64,000 nt of DNA from the NCBI RefSeq assembly GCF_037042905.1, contig NC_087254.1:32612001-32676000 (forward strand), in the 5' to 3' direction. Every line of letters begins with the position of its first letter. Position 1 is the stretch's first letter. Positions 1 through 13,790 of this stretch are shown in pieces. The translations under genes were made by a program, and so were the position numbers. This DNA comes from Lytechinus pictus (lineage: Eukaryota). The notes beneath the pieces were generated by a model that was not told the origin of the DNA, ran no database searches, and worked only from the letters and a program-made list of their open reading frames with translations.

Positions 1-764
1 AACATTCTGATATGCAATAACTAAATCTGTTTTAAATATGCTTTGTTTATGTCAAAGGCTTTATCGAAATAAGATTATGCTATAATTTATAAATTACTGC
101 ATTTTGGAGCCCATTAAAATTCAAAATGAATCATATAGGGCAGTGCCACACCTTATTCACTAAAATAAAGGAGGGGTGCAGCTGAAAAATCTCATCAGCA
201 GGGGCAATAATTTTCACCGCCATTTCAATAGTACTATTAGATATCCTGAAAACACATAATTAAAATAAAATTAACTTTCTCTCAGGAAGTGCCCCTGTAT
301 ACTATTACAGCCCTTGACCAGTATATTCTCTCAAGAGGTTCAATAATTCCTTCTCTTCCCTTAATTGTAGAGTCGGTTCGGGTGCGAATGTGTCTGAAAA
401 AAATGATAAGCCAAAAAAAAAAGATCATTAGTAAAAATTGTAGAGTGAACAGAACATATCATTAAAAAAAAATGACAAGCAAAAACAAAGATTGATCTGG
501 CATTGGAAAATAAAAGGAAATTAATGAACACCGCCCCCCCCCCCCCCCCGCTTCAACATTTTTTGTTGTTTGCTTCTCCTGCTTACAACTTTATAACTTT
601 ACCTGATACACCATATATGGACCTTTCAAAACTTTTGGCTCCATTATCATGACTTTGCCACTGTTCAAGTATTATTTATTTGAAACCAATGCTAAGACTA
701 TAAGGTGAAATGAAATTATATAAAGAAAAAAAAAATTCACAAAGTATAAAATCATAATGATGTA

Positions 765-1265
765 GGTCATGTTGAAATTAGACCCTGGACTGGACTCAAA
801 ATTAGATCAAGTGTAGTGTAGACCAAATGTAAATTACACAAAGTGTAGACCAAATGGCAATTTAAAAAAATTAGACCAACTGGACATTTCGCAAAATGAG
901 GATTAGACCAAGTGTAGACCAAATGGGTTTAGCCCATTTGGCATTAGACTAAATGAGAAGTGGGCAAACTGCATGTAGACCAAACGAATATATACATATT
1001 TCACACTGTGGAACTGCATGATATAAAGCCAATTTTATGTACCGGTATTTGACAAAGTAAAAAAAATTGTAATTATGTAGGTTATGCTGAAATTAGACCA
1101 ACTGGACATTTCGCTAAATGAGAATTAGACCAAGTGTAGTGTAGACCAAATGGCAATTCAGTAGACCAAATGGGTTTAGCCCATTTGGCATTAGACTAAA
1201 TGACAAGTGGGCAAACTGCATGTAGACCAAATGAACATACACCATGTACACATATTTCACACTTG
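765..1265. repeat. Degenerate TAGACCAA-based tandem repeat with an internal ~240-bp duplication
   Basis: Many (t/g)tagaccaa units. The block 770-1010 recurs at 1075-1265 (e.g. gtagaccaaatgggtttagcccatttggcattagactaaatga twice). Confidence 0.7.
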
Positions 1266-2159
1266 GGACTGATAAAGAGAGCCGTAGCAGACGACGGAGA
1301 TGCGTACATGATCTGCGTCCGCAAATAACGTGCACGCATGTATGTACTAACATGAAAAACAGCATATGGGACGATCTTACAAAAAATTGCACATGCGGGG
1401 CTATTGGAGAGTCACAGCAGATGACGGCTAGCAGACGCCGATGGGCGCGCGCATTTAGCGAGCACATCGTGATCGTTTTAACTATCGATAGTACGTACAG
1501 TGTATTAAAAAGGTACCGCGATGTCTATGGCTTTTTCGGACCATGTTGGTGCTATGAATTTCCTTTTTTTTACAGTTTAAATGAATTTTACGTAAGTTTT
1601 AAGTGGTTTCACATGATAAATTAGATATTAAGGAATATTTTGATATCATTCTCTCGACAACAAACACATTTTGAAATTCTTGTTGTCCTGCCTACCATTA
1701 AAATTTGCGAATTTATGAGGAGTTTCATATAAGGGCGGGAGCTTTAGGTAGTTTGCTGTCAGTGCTGTGCAAGCCCTCGCTTGAGTAAAGGTTCTGAATG
1801 TCTACAATGCATTGTCACTGTACTAAGAAATTAAGAACGGCACATTTTATACGTGCTAGTCTTTGTGAAAAGACCCACTTATTTATCAAAATTTTTAACC
1901 AGGGTCTGTGCCTGCAGACTAAGAGTAGGGGACAGCATTTTGTTAATAGTCTTTTATTTCTTCTGTCATCAAACAAATTTAAAATATTACACTCATGAAC
2001 ATAAATTCAAAACGGTATTTCAATACCGTCTTGAATTTATGATCATGAATGTAATATTTATCAAATTACACCATAATTACAAAGCTTGGTTTGAACGTAC
2101 AATTATTGTGATCATCACATCCATGCTAATTCAATTTGTTCTCAAAATACCTGATATAC

Positions 2160-3050
2160 ACATTTTTTTTTTCTAACAAGATTGATTCCATAATTATTTG
2201 TATTTAAAGGAATATGTATTTTTTCTCTCACATTTATACACATACATGATAATTATATATTTTTAATTGAATATAAACATTGAAATGCAGTATAACCTAA
2301 AATAATTATTTACCATTCCTTGATAGTTGTATCACACACAAATCTTTGAATCCTGTAAATTATCAAAATACAATTAATAAGATTTTTGAGGGAAGATTTA
2401 ATATTCACAGTCCCCGGACCCTTCCCACACACTCACAGCCCCCCACCACACCAAACACACATTCACGCACGAACACCCCCTGCACACACACACACATCCA
2501 TCGTGATCAAATGCATTTCATCTGTCCGCATATGCATGTAATTCGGAACGCCTCGTCGTCATTAAGTGCAAAAATTTCCCACTTCTTCAGATGACCCGCT
2601 AATTTTCCACGTGCTTCTGCTAGTATTCTTTAGCATATACAAGTTCATATAACAATTTAAATTGAAACTCCCTTAACTTGTTATTTAAGATGGCTATCCT
2701 GGATTTTAAAAATATTGTACCATCTTTTTCGTAAAAATTATGTTCTTTTTATGTTTTTAACAGCGCATGAATTCTCAGATTTCATGTTTAACAAAGCCGT
2801 ATAGATTTTCTTATATGTAATATTAGCTAGTGTGTTCACATTTCCATGAAACATAAATTCGAAATTTAAAGCTGTGTCCCTGCATGTGTTTGTTTTCTTC
2901 AAGAGACATTTCCATGTTGCTGGAATATTTTCATATATTGTGTGGAGATATCCTATCTCATCTTCTTTTAACCCCATCCTCAGAAAGGCTCTAGATGATT
3001 TAAAATTACCCCTGTCATCAACTAGATGATGTAATTTATAAATATTTCAA
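2160..3050 (-). mobile_element. 3' fragment of an L1/Tx1-like non-LTR retrotransposon
   Basis: The minus strand near 2640-2690 reads NNKLREFQFKLLYEL, matching NKHREFQYKQLQ in the C-terminal part of the Tx1-like element at 42857-43591. It is followed by a GT/G-rich 3' UTR and an A-rich end like 43600-44240. ORF 2738-2977 (IPATWK...KKIY) fits the same region. Confidence 0.65.
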
Positions 3051-4154
3051 AGAAATAAACTTTCTTCAATGCTCCGCTACACTGATATCAAATCCAAACC
3101 GAACACAGCTAGGTATTACATTATTCTGATCAATCAATCGATTGAAAACGGTTTCGTTGATGTGATTGTAACTGTGAATAGTGTGACGCAATGCCAATCT
3201 GCGCTTCCAACACTATAAAGAAAAACAAATAATGCAAAAAAATATGTTCATTGGTTCAATGGTTCCTGTGTTACAAATATTTTAATGACTCGAACTTTGC
3301 ATGCCTTCTGTGTTCTAATATGTATGATTTATATAATGTTTTTACGTTGTATGTTTTTATCATTTGTATATACATGTTTTGTTTATATGCTTTTAGGGCC
3401 CCTTTTGATACCAGCTTTTGCTGAAAGGGCACCCTATTGAAATATTGTTTAATACATAATAAATTCGTAATTTTCAGTAACTTTTTATGTAGATTTCCAT
3501 TTGAAAAATATTAACTCTTTACACATTTGAAGTTTCATTGAAACAACTCAAACTATATTGAATCTGAACCATCTGGCAGGGGCGGCAAAACGGGGGGGGG
3601 GGCACTTACCCCCTAAAAACATTTCTTGTAGGAAAAAAAAATGGAAAGTGCCTCTTTTTAATACGAAATGTGCCCTTTTTAAAAATGAAAAACACTTTTT
3701 GAAAGAAAACAAAATACATTTCAGGTGAGAAAATCAATAATTTTGGGCTGGCGCTTTGCGCTCGCATCAATTATTATGTAGTAAGGTAAGCCCTATATAT
3801 CCATTCTGTTCTTGATTACGAATATGATTGGAATGTCCGGTTTTCGCACTTGGCGCTCTCGTCAATTCTTTAGTAAGATACCCATCTTTTTCATGACAAT
3901 AAAAATGCTCGAAAATATTTTTTTTCAAGTCTTATTACATGAAAATTTAATGTCAAAAATTTTAACTCGCGATTTGCGATCACAACATCTCGCAAGAATG
4001 CCCTTTTAACAGTAATTAGCGCCATAATTGACAAAAAAAGCGAGTTTTACAACTTCAGCCTAAAGGCTTTGCTTAACTTAATGACTAAAGAAAACAGACT
4101 ACTATATACACCACTTTATGCAGGTATTATCTGTAATAATTTCATGGTAAATGA

Positions 4155-4407
4155 AAAATCCATATTTTATTGTTCGAAATAGACATGAAATGAAATATTC
4201 CGAAAATTTGCTTTGCCCAATTGATCGTGGGCCCGGCAGCCGCTGTGCAGCGCCAGATCGACGCGGCTCTATCCCTTTAATCGTTGAACGCCAAACAGGG
4301 TAGCAGCAACTCCCATCTTTTAACGTCTTTTGGTCTGACGCGGCCGGGGTTTGAACCCCGACCTCCCGGTTGTGAGACGGACGCTCTACCAACTGAGCTA
4401 ACACACC
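4155..4407 (-). mobile_element. tRNA-derived SINE, central domain resembling Meta-type SINEs
   Basis: The minus strand starts GGTGTGTTAGCTCAGTTGGTAGAGC (A box)...GGTTCAAACCC (B box). It continues into a non-tRNA body GTCAGACCAAAAGACGTTAAAAGATGGGAGTTGCTGCTACCCTG. The superfamily assignment is from memory of SINE consensus sequences. Confidence 0.75.
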
Positions 4408-4824
4408 GGTACACCGGTATAAAAATATCCGTTTGCACCAATATGCCCATTTTAAAAATATAAGTGCCCTTTTTTGTCTTTGCTTCCCCAAACAAATTTA
4501 GTCTGGAGAAACTTATGATAATTTTCAATGAAAAATGCTTTTAAAATATATATTAAAAAAAACGATGTGAGAGAGGAAATGCTTGGGGAACCGCCCCTCC
4601 TGTCATTTTCAACCGGAATATGACATTGTAAATATAGACTACGTAGGTCGATAAATGAATAAGCAAGTGGAATCGGAACACATATTTTTGTGAATCTATC
4701 ACGCCTTTGCTTTCATTGGTTAGTTTTATTAGGCATATTAGTAGAGATAAACTGTCATTGATTAAATATATGAATTATAAAACTTATTTGCGTCATACTA
4801 CAGTGCTTAAAATCACGTCATTTA

Positions 4825-6065
4825 CCATGTTTACACTTGAAAAATTGAACGCGTGATTGATTTAAAAAATGAAAGAAAAAAAAAGAAAGTCCAATGGATT
4901 CTTGATAGTTTCTTTATCTATATTAACTCCCTTACTTGTTGCAATTTGTGATTCTGATACTCACGTTTTAGTGAAGAAAGTGTTGTATTTCTGTTACTTG
5001 CTTCAGACCAGTGGACCACAACGCCTCAGCCATTCATAAGGACTTCTTGAAGTAATGGCCGCTACGCCCCTTCTGGTACCTCCTAGGTAAGACTCGTTTT
5101 ATTCAACAAAATAGATTTAATTATACACCCATTGAACTGTAGCAGAACATGTCCTTAGTACATGCCAAAATATTGGATGGGATCATGCAAAAACTGTTGG
5201 AAAAGAAAGGTGAAAGAATCACCGTGGATGAAAAGGATTTACCCAATACTGAATAGAGACACTCGAAATATATTGTCACCCGTATTTGGTCCGATGATGG
5301 ACATTTAAAGAGATGGATATTCATTGTTTAGTTAATGAATTCACTAAGCTGTCAGCTGTGGCTGACAATGTCACCTAAATAACATTCTCCTCATATTTGT
5401 CTAGTCTGTCTAGTTTGATTCTTTGATAAAAACCCATTTGCGTTTCACAACGGCCTCAAATCCCGTTATTTACATTTGGAAATTGAACGTGTGAAAATTT
5501 TGCTTAAAGATTGAAAATAAAAGAAAGAAAAGAAAGTCCAAACGATTCTTGATAGTGTCTCTACCAATGGGCCTTTTCACACGTGAATCTTGAATCATCA
5601 TTGTAATGATGATTGCAATTCGTCTTTAGAATCATCGGACCTTTCACACAGAAAATTCGTACTGTAATTTGAGTGAAACTTAACTGGAATTTACCTCCGG
5701 AGTACAATTTGAATTCGTGATTGTGATTAGCGTTCGTGATTCTAGTTTGGTTTCACACTTGCTAAAAAATTGTCATTAGCCATATTTTTCACTGGAATCA
5801 TCATTCAAATTGCGATCTTTTTTACCGTGTGAAAGGGCGGTATATTATATTAACTCCCCGTTTATCTGTTGCAATTTGTGATTCTGATACTCACGTTTTA
5901 GTAAAGAAAGTGTTCCATTTGTGTTACTTGCTTCAGACCATTAGACCTCAATGCCTATAGCTTTGGGTATTGAATAGCCAGCCATCCTTAATAAACTTTA
6001 TAAGTCATGGAAGCGACACACCTTCTGCATTTCCCAAGATAAGAATCGTTTCATTAAACAAAACA
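4825..6065. repeat. Local diverged duplication (~4825-5110 vs ~5465-6065); the second copy is interrupted by a MITE
   Basis: aaattgaacg(c/t)gtga...aagaaagtccaa...gttgcaatttgtgattctgatactcacgttttagt...gttacttgcttcagacca occurs twice. Confidence 0.75.
5569..5839. mobile_element. MITE with short TIRs (possibly PIF/Harbinger-like)
   Basis: GGCCTTTTCACACG at the left and CGTGTGAAAGGGC at the right. It is absent from the paralogous copy at ~4915-4925. Confidence 0.6.
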
Positions 6066-6942
6066 AAAATATTACATGAGAATTGTCGTTTTACAAGAAT
6101 TTATTTCAATACGTTCCGCTTTTCCGTTCGTTTCGGACATGTTGAGTCCATAGGCATCCAGTCAGAAAAAAAGAGGGAAAGCGGTGAAATTTACTACAGT
6201 TCTGGCATGCACAATAATACCTTACACAAGTAAACTAAAATAAAAGTTCATACGCATTACTGAGAACTCACAGTACTCGCCTCTCTAAAGTGGCAATACT
6301 ACTTTCAAAATTTATATTTTGAGGTGCTGCTGGGTTTGTGCTCCTCCTGATCATGTGCACTTATACGTTAGTAGTTATTTGTTTGGAAAACCCTACACAC
6401 ACCAATAAATCAGTCCTCTCTCTGCTCCTACTAGTAGGAGATAGTCACAAAGAGTGGATGAAAGCTCGTATTATTAAAGTTGGTGGAAGCTTAAACATTA
6501 TTTTATGTTATTCACTTATTTTGGGGCTATTCTTGTTGAAACTATATTTTCGCGTGCTGAATCTCTTTAGGAGGATTCAAGAACAGAGAAAACGTATTAT
6601 CAGGGCCATTTATGACTGAGAACAACCAAGAAGTCTTTGTCGAAGACTCCTTTATACAGACATCAGAGGTACACGTATATAATTATATAAGATACAATTA
6701 AAAACCGAGGTGCTATACAAAATTTAGACCTCTGAACACAACCCCTATAAATAACCTTTATATTTACAATGTTGATACGCCTGACCATGCTGACTGTCGG
6801 GGCCTATACATGGAATAATGCGCAATTGTCGTAATAATGATTGCGGCGGTAACAAACAATACCGTAGGCCTATAATCGTGCACTAATGATGATTTTCACG
6901 TATAACCTTTGGTATTTTATTTTAACCCAAATCAGTCGCAAG

Positions 6943-9317
6943 ATGGTGGAGTGTACAGCACCCAAATTATCTGACTTTGGTCTGTCGACGTCATCCTATG
7001 ATGTTTTTACAAGAACTCAGGTAAGACAATACACTTCTTTTTTGGACAATTGGTCTAAATTCCCATGCTGTCAACATGATGAACTCATTTGGCCATTTAG
7101 CATATGTTATTCCTGATCTCTCTGAACAAGATTATTCTTAACAAAGAAAACTTTGTAATTTCTGGCAATTTTTCCAATTTGATGTATATCATTATAATGT
7201 TTGGAATGGCGATCTCCCCTCTGAAATTCAGCTTCAACCCCAATGTTTTTACTCACTCATGAGATCTATGATATCAACGACAAAGATCAAAGATCTCAAT
7301 ATTACAATGTTTACATCATAATTTATCTGACCTGATATTGATTATGGTCAATTTAATGCAAAATCTTTTCACGGGACGACCTGTGCAGTCTAATTAACAA
7401 TTATTCTTAAAACAAATTTCACCAATAAGGCTGAATTCAAGTTGGAATTCCTGACAAACTGGAATTCGACGATATTGGCTTAGACCACACGACAAACAAA
7501 TCACGTTCTTTATCTTATGATCATGTGGGATGATAACCAAAAGGGTAAGGGAGGGCCTTCATGCCCCTATCAGTGACAACATATTTTGTCCCAATAATCT
7601 TTACGAAGACACCTATTGTGATTGAATAAAAAGGATACAACCAATTTTGAATGTAGGCCTATATACTTTTAACATGTTTAAGAATACGCTTCAATAGTTA
7701 CCACTTTCCACAAAATTATTATTCCTAAAGCTACAATAATCTCCAATGTGGCCTATATTGTCGTTTTGTTACGGTAATAATTTCACCGAATTATTATTTT
7801 ATTCTTCGTGTCTCCAGTGCAGCTTTCCAAGAGCGGTGTTGCTGATATACCGATTCTTGATGACCGGATACTTCCTCGGTTACCAAATCTACTTGTGGGC
7901 TAACGTGTTTACCATCCATGATTACATCTTCATGACTGATTGGACCTATACGGTCTTCACTTTCTATTCCTTGATTGCTCTGATCAACCTTATAACGGAC
8001 ATGAGTCTTCAGAGATGCTATGACACGTCACATGCTTCCAACGGTGAGCCGGATTTCGTATACTCATTGTCATGATTGTATCCGGAAATCAGTGTAATCT
8101 GAAAATAATATTGCTAAAACAATGCAGTATTCTTATAAACAAAACTGGTTCCAAACTTAGCAAAGATATTTCAAATCAGTAAACCACCTAGTAGTATGAA
8201 TGGAGTAGTACGGAGCGTTGATGTGGCCCTGTGTATTAGTCTCCGGACTTTGAAACAGAGGGTCGTGGCCTTCAAATCCCAGCCATGGCGTAGTTTCCTT
8301 CAGCAAGAAATTTATCCACATTGTGCTGCACTCAACCCAGGTGAGGTGAATGGGTACCTGGCAGGAATTTATTCATTGAAATGCCGAGCGCTGGAAGGGC
8401 TGCTTGAGCTACAGCCGGGGTAATAATATCCAAGTCCTTTGGAAGCGATAGAGACGTAATTCATAATCTGTTATGCGCTATACAAGAACTGACTATTATT
8501 ATTATTTATTATTATTAATTCAGTTACTCGATCAATCGTTCAATTATTGTTGCTCAGTCAGTCGTGGAGATTTGGGGATGCCGTTGCCGAGTGGTAGAAC
8601 ACACCTGACTCTAGACTCATGAAAGTCCGAGGATCGATCCCTGGCCACGGCACAGTCCTGTGCCCTTGATCAAGGATTTTAATCCACAGGGCTCTTAGTA
8701 GACGATTGGTACCAATTATGTTTAGGAAAATCTTACTGTCATCCTTGATTTTCTTTGTTTAGTTCTTTCAAATAGCATTTGTCTTCCATACCTCCATATA
8801 TTTTCACGTGCATCAAAGTATTATCTGTATCTTTATTCTTATTTCAGTACTAAAAGGGCGACATATGATCCAGTGGCTTTTTTACAACGTCATCGTCACA
8901 TGGACATGCCTTGTTCTCGTTGTCTTCTGGGGCGCCCTCTACGATCCTCGATATCCAAACTGGATGTTTGACATTTCCTGTCACGCCTTACCTGGTGTGT
9001 TCAGTGTCCTTGAGCTTGCCTTCACTGCGACACCCTGCCGACTCGCCCACATCATCTACCCGATGATCTACGGGTTGCTCTATCTCACATTCACCCTTGT
9101 CTACTGGGGGACTGGCCATCCACCGATATACTCGATCCTCGACTACAGTGGCAACCCAGGATTGGCTACGGGATCGATCCTTGGTATGGTAGGGTTCATG
9201 CTGCTGTTTCATCCGTTGGTTTGGGGGCTCACCAAGCTCAGGGGTAGCGTTGCAGGAAGATTGAACTGTTCTCAAGACTTACACGGCGATCGACATGAGC
9301 TCATCGATAGAATGTGA
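6943..9317 (+). CDS. Protein rolling stone-like / FAR-17a/AIG1-family multi-pass membrane protein (~257 aa, 3 coding exons)
   Basis: Exons 6943-7020, 7818-8043 and 8848-9317, all GT-AG with compatible phases (774 nt). Motifs LSDFGL, LLIYRF, YIFMTDW, IQWLFYN, VFWGALY, CHAL, HIIYPMIYGLLYLTFT and PIYSILDY are typical of rolling stone-like proteins. Confidence 0.85.
8209..8517 (+). mobile_element. tRNA-derived SINE with (TAT)n tail, in intron 2 of the rolling stone-like gene
   Basis: Degenerate A/B-box head, central CCTTCAGCAAGAAATTTATCCACATTG...CAACCCAGGTGAGGTGAATGGGTACC, and a 3' GCGCTATACAAGA...TATTATTATT tail. The same tail appears at 63235-63340. Confidence 0.75.
8574..8700 (+). mobile_element. 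5' part of a tRNA-derived SINE
   Basis: GGGGATGCCGTTGCCGAGTGGTAG...GGATCGATCCCTGGCCACGGCAC...TGTGCCCTTGATCAAGG. Same family as 50868-51030. Confidence 0.65.
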
Positions 9318-9946
9318 CGTCACGGATTGGAAGAGCTACCGAATTAGAGCACGTCGATCCAAAGATAAACCGAGTAGGAGGCCCTCTAAGACGTTACAAC
9401 CACCCGTGATAGATCGCGATATAGCTATTGGCGATCAGCAACAAGTGATTCATGTCACCACTTGCCATGCTTGCGAAACGTAGCACGTTTTCGGCCTTCG
9501 CTGCTATTTGATAGTATTGTGAAATATTTAACACTGGGAGATAGATTAAACATGATCGAAGCTTCACCTGTACTGGCCGCACAGAAATGTTGTTAGCGCT
9601 AACAATGCGCTAACAGAGACCCTGTTACGACCGGTAATGTGGCAGCGATGCCTAATTTTTAAAAATGCATTAACTTACACATTGAAATCAATGTTTAGAC
9701 TTGAAAATCCGGAAGATGTGACTGGGCTTACTGCTAACGCTCTGTTACTTAGGCTAACGATGTTTCTTTGCGGCCGGCACTAGTCAATTGCTATAGTGAT
9801 TGCATGGCTATTAATTTGCTATCGGCATTTGCTATCCATACTTAACATGATATCATTTATGCAATAAACAAATAAAGTAAACAAATATTGTTTTCTAAAC
9901 ACTTTTAGTCACAGGGATGTAATTGGATCCAGATCGAATGTGCATG

Positions 9947-10160
9947 GTTCTTCTTCTTCTTCTTCTCGGGTCACTGCACAAGACCTGCCCAGTGGAGGGT
10001 ACAAGATCTGGCTTTGGGGTTAAAGGACTCCAGATCTTCGGCATGGCAAGGCTCTGGTAGGAGGGGGCAGACCAGAAGGTGTTGCATATCGTCTGATCCT
10101 CCCCACACTCGCAAGCATGTGAATGGTTACCAGACACACTCTGGTTGGTTTAAATCTGAA
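9947..10160 (-). mobile_element. 3' end of an RTE-like LINE with (AGA)n tail
   Basis: The minus strand encodes CECGEDQT...HLLVCP (C-terminal Cys/His motif, frameshifted) followed by an AAGAAGAAG tail. Confidence 0.55.
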
Positions 10161-11009
10161 TTCTAAGTCTTGTCAAAATATTGATATTTTGATAAAATAG
10201 ATAAAATATACACACTTGGAAGAAAATGGCAATTCTGTCCTCTTCAAATGCAACACTAAGAGCCCCTTTTGTGATACAACTGTGCACCCTAATACACTTT
10301 TTTGCACTTTAATGGAGAAGTTTGCTACATTTTTCAAATTTTCCGACGCATAGTTGATTTCCTCTTTAGGGAACGTGCATATTTGCACCTTTTGGACGCT
10401 AAATTATTAAGCACCCTATAAAGACTTGAGTTAAAATTTGCATCTTTATATAGGGTGCATTTCTGGGAGCAAAAAAAAAAGGAACAAAAGGTGCGTCCTT
10501 TGTAGGGTGCAAGATTTCACTGCCATAGTTTAATTCAGGGTTCAAAGTCTATTTTATTTTCTTACTGTGTAATACTCGGCGATCGTATTAAATTTTGAGT
10601 GACAATAATGCACTAATAATAGGCTCCACATTTGCTTTTAATGTGTGAATGGCAACACATGTATAAATCAGATGATGTTTGAAGGTTTGTATGGTGTTAT
10701 GAATCGCATAAATGGTTTACGGTACACCATGTATAAAGTCCTGGAAGGACTTAGATAAGAAAAGTGAATAGAAATGGAGGTGAAATGGAAAGTTGAGAAA
10801 GTGGAGGTTGGGAAGTAGAGTATTCTTTTCAAAATGAGTGCATTCATATAAGACTCTAAACAAGAAGGAGAAAAAGCTGAGTAGTTGGCAGAATGAGCAG
10901 ATAAGAGAAGGCTGGCTTGAGTCGGCGAATAGAAAATATAAATGGATATCATATAAGTAAAGATTTCTTTTTTTTACATCAATACATTATAATAGATGCA
11001 TAGTAATGG

Positions 11010-11680
11010 TCGAATTATTCTAGACAACCCTTGTGCGTGGCGTTTGTAGATTTCGCACAAGCTTTTGACAGTATAGAATTTCAGGGAGAAATAACAGCTT
11101 TACAGGTACAAGGTGTGCACCACAATTACATCAAACTCATCCAGGAAATGTATAGCCAAGTAACCATTCACCTGCACAAAGACAGTGAACTTCCCCATCA
11201 ACAGAGAGGAGTGCAGCAGGGAGATACCATTTCAGCCGAACTGATCGACACTGCACTGAAAGAAAGAAATCGTAAACTAGACTTGGAAAGTACTGGGCTA
11301 AACATTGAAGGTGAGGGTCACCGATGATAACACTCTAATCACTGAAGGTGGTCACAAGCTATATGCTCAACGATCTGAAAGTAACAAAGTAGGCCTGAAA
11401 ATCAATACGAAAAAGTAATGTTTAACAAATTTGCCACGGAGAAAAGGGTAATATTGGATAATTATGAAATCGAGACAGTAGATCACTATATCTACCTTGG
11501 GCAACACATCAGAATAGATCATAGACAACTGGAATAAGTTAAAAAGAAGACAATAGCTAGATGGAATGCTTTTTAGAATTTCAATGATATAATGAAGAGC
11601 AACATGCCGATTTGCCTTAAAAGAAAAGTCTTTAACCAATGTATTATAACGACAATGACTAAAAATACCTGAAACCAAAC
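11010..11680 (+). mobile_element. Degenerate RTE-clade reverse transcriptase fragment
   Basis: LCVAFVDFAQAFDS and RGVQQGDTIS RT motifs, then GLKIN..K and YIYLGQ, with stops and frameshifts. Confidence 0.8.
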
Positions 11681-12439
11681 CGATGTAATAAAAAAAAATT
11701 CACAATGATAAAACCGTATTCTCAATCGCTAAATTGACTTATGCAAGTATAAATCTTGCTCTATCATAAAAGGTGGTGAAATAAGTACAGATGATTTTAA
11801 TGAACTATTAGTGAAATGAGTGCAAAGTAGAACGATGAGCAAAAGATTTGAAATGAGCAAATGAGTGGAGCGGTGACCAATAAAGTATTAAAAAACAACG
11901 ATACTATTGATATAATAATTTGCATCACTGGGTATTTCGCTTGCTTTGTTGCCTCGAATGTATTTATCCAAAATATTTTCAATTCACTCAATGTAATAAG
12001 TAAGTATAAAAGTTCAGTCATATTTGACCGACTCCTATTGTCCTCGTAAAAAAGTGATAATAATTACGAACAGATTCGTAAAGTGACTTGACTAAATCTC
12101 TGATGAATAGGCCTATTTACCTATCATAAAGCAGAGCTATGGGGACAAAAGGTTATCAGGGTATATGCACCTTTGTAAGGTGGAGGGAAATTTTAAAATG
12201 AGAGAGGAAGAAAAAAAGAAAGCCCCCCTCCCTCAATTCCACCATAGAGCTATTATGATTCCACGATCAACCAAAGGGGCGTCATAAAACAAATGTAATT
12301 GGCGCAATTGGGAAACGGGGTGCAGGGATGCTCAAGAACTCTGTCAAGATTTTTCTGTAGGCTTTAAGCAGCAACCACTGGGAATGAGGTTGGTATGCTA
12401 TGATTTTTTTTTAAGATTGGGAAAATGAGGAAGCTACTC

Positions 12440-12530
12440 GACCAACCCACAGCTGCTAAACTTACTCATGCTGGCTTTTGCATCTTGATTACTGCAATTC
12501 TGCTCTTTCTGGTATTCCACTCTCACATTT
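12440..12530 (+). mobile_element. Short L2/CR1 ORF2 C-terminal fragment
   Basis: Reads AAKLTHA...LDYCNSALSGIP, the conserved (SR)LDYCNS motif. Confidence 0.5.
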
Positions 12531-13716
12531 ACGCCCACCAGTGATGGTATATATACGACGGAAAATAAAAAGAAATCTAATCTGAAATCTTACCTAATAT
12601 GTAATCCTGATTTATGTTTTTTATGGGGGCATATGTGTACACAGCGAAAACGATTGCAATAAAATTTGACCTATATTATTCCTGATAGTCAAATTCACAC
12701 AAGTCTTACCAAAATGATTAGATTTTCAGGTCAGATCATTGGAAATGACCAGAATTCTGATTAAATTTTATTCATAGTAAACTTCTGCTAATTTATTGTC
12801 AATTCTTTATGAATAAATCACTTTTAAGCCGATTACCTACCCCTTCAATCAGCGGCGTAATCAGCCCATGCACCCCTTCCCCCCCCCCCCCAAAAAAAAA
12901 GGGGGGGCTACAACATGGTATACGTAGGAAAATTTCGTCGAGCTTTTTTTGGAGGGCAGGGCACCTAAGCCCCCATGTGTACGCCATTGCCTGCAATTCG
13001 ACCATATTAGTATAGCCGAATCCATAATCATACGCGGTGGTGAATCTAGACTTCACATAAATAGACCCTCCAAAGTCATTAACACCAAGAATATGTAACT
13101 ATTTTTTTCATGCTTGAGGCCACCATAGACATCAAGTAACACATGCACTAATGATGACTGAGTCCTGTGTTCATAAATCATGATAATTTTTTTTTCAATT
13201 ATGTATTAAACAATTCCAATGTATCATACTTGTATTTGGAGGCGAAGTGTTTATATATGAAAATGTATTTATGCCTATATGTTTCATGTTGTGTAATAAT
13301 ATATTACTTTGTATCATGATATTGAACGCAGTAGTAAATTAAATAAAAACAAACTAGGATATTCACATGGGTCGAGGGTGGCAAATTCAGGTCAGTGGTT
13401 TGTTAATAAAATTGATTGATTCGGAACTTTAACCTCGTATATAGAGGACCAGATGAATAAACTAAATCCAGACAGCGAAAAAAAAAAACTCCATGAATAT
13501 TAAACACTTTGTTTGCAGGGAGTGTCATATAATATTGACGTCAAACAATTAAGCTTAACTCTTGTGTAATCACCAAGTCGACACCAGGACCCTGTTTCAC
13601 GGTACCTGTTGATGGGAATTTACAAGCTGCTGTTATAAGCTACCGAAATAATGCCTTTTGAATAAAGTATCAAGAACGTTTTGTGAAACCGGACACGGGC
13701 ATATATAACACATCAT

Positions 13717-13724
13717 TATATAAA
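13717..13724 (+). promoter_or_regulatory. Candidate TATA box of ApoD-like gene 1
   Basis: TATATAAA ~70 bp upstream of the ATG at 13791. Confidence 0.4.
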
Positions 13725-13790
13725 CCACAATGGCCATCTTAAGGTCCACAGATACGTTCCTATCTAAAGCAGAAGCAGAAAGAAACGAAA

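Noticed and set aside
1114-1624. 117-aa and 126-aa ORFs
   Set aside because: Overlap tandem repeat sequence; no recognisable domain or splice structure.
4335-4407. Functional tRNA gene
   Set aside because: A/B boxes are present, but the acceptor and anticodon stems are imperfect and the sequence runs into a SINE body.
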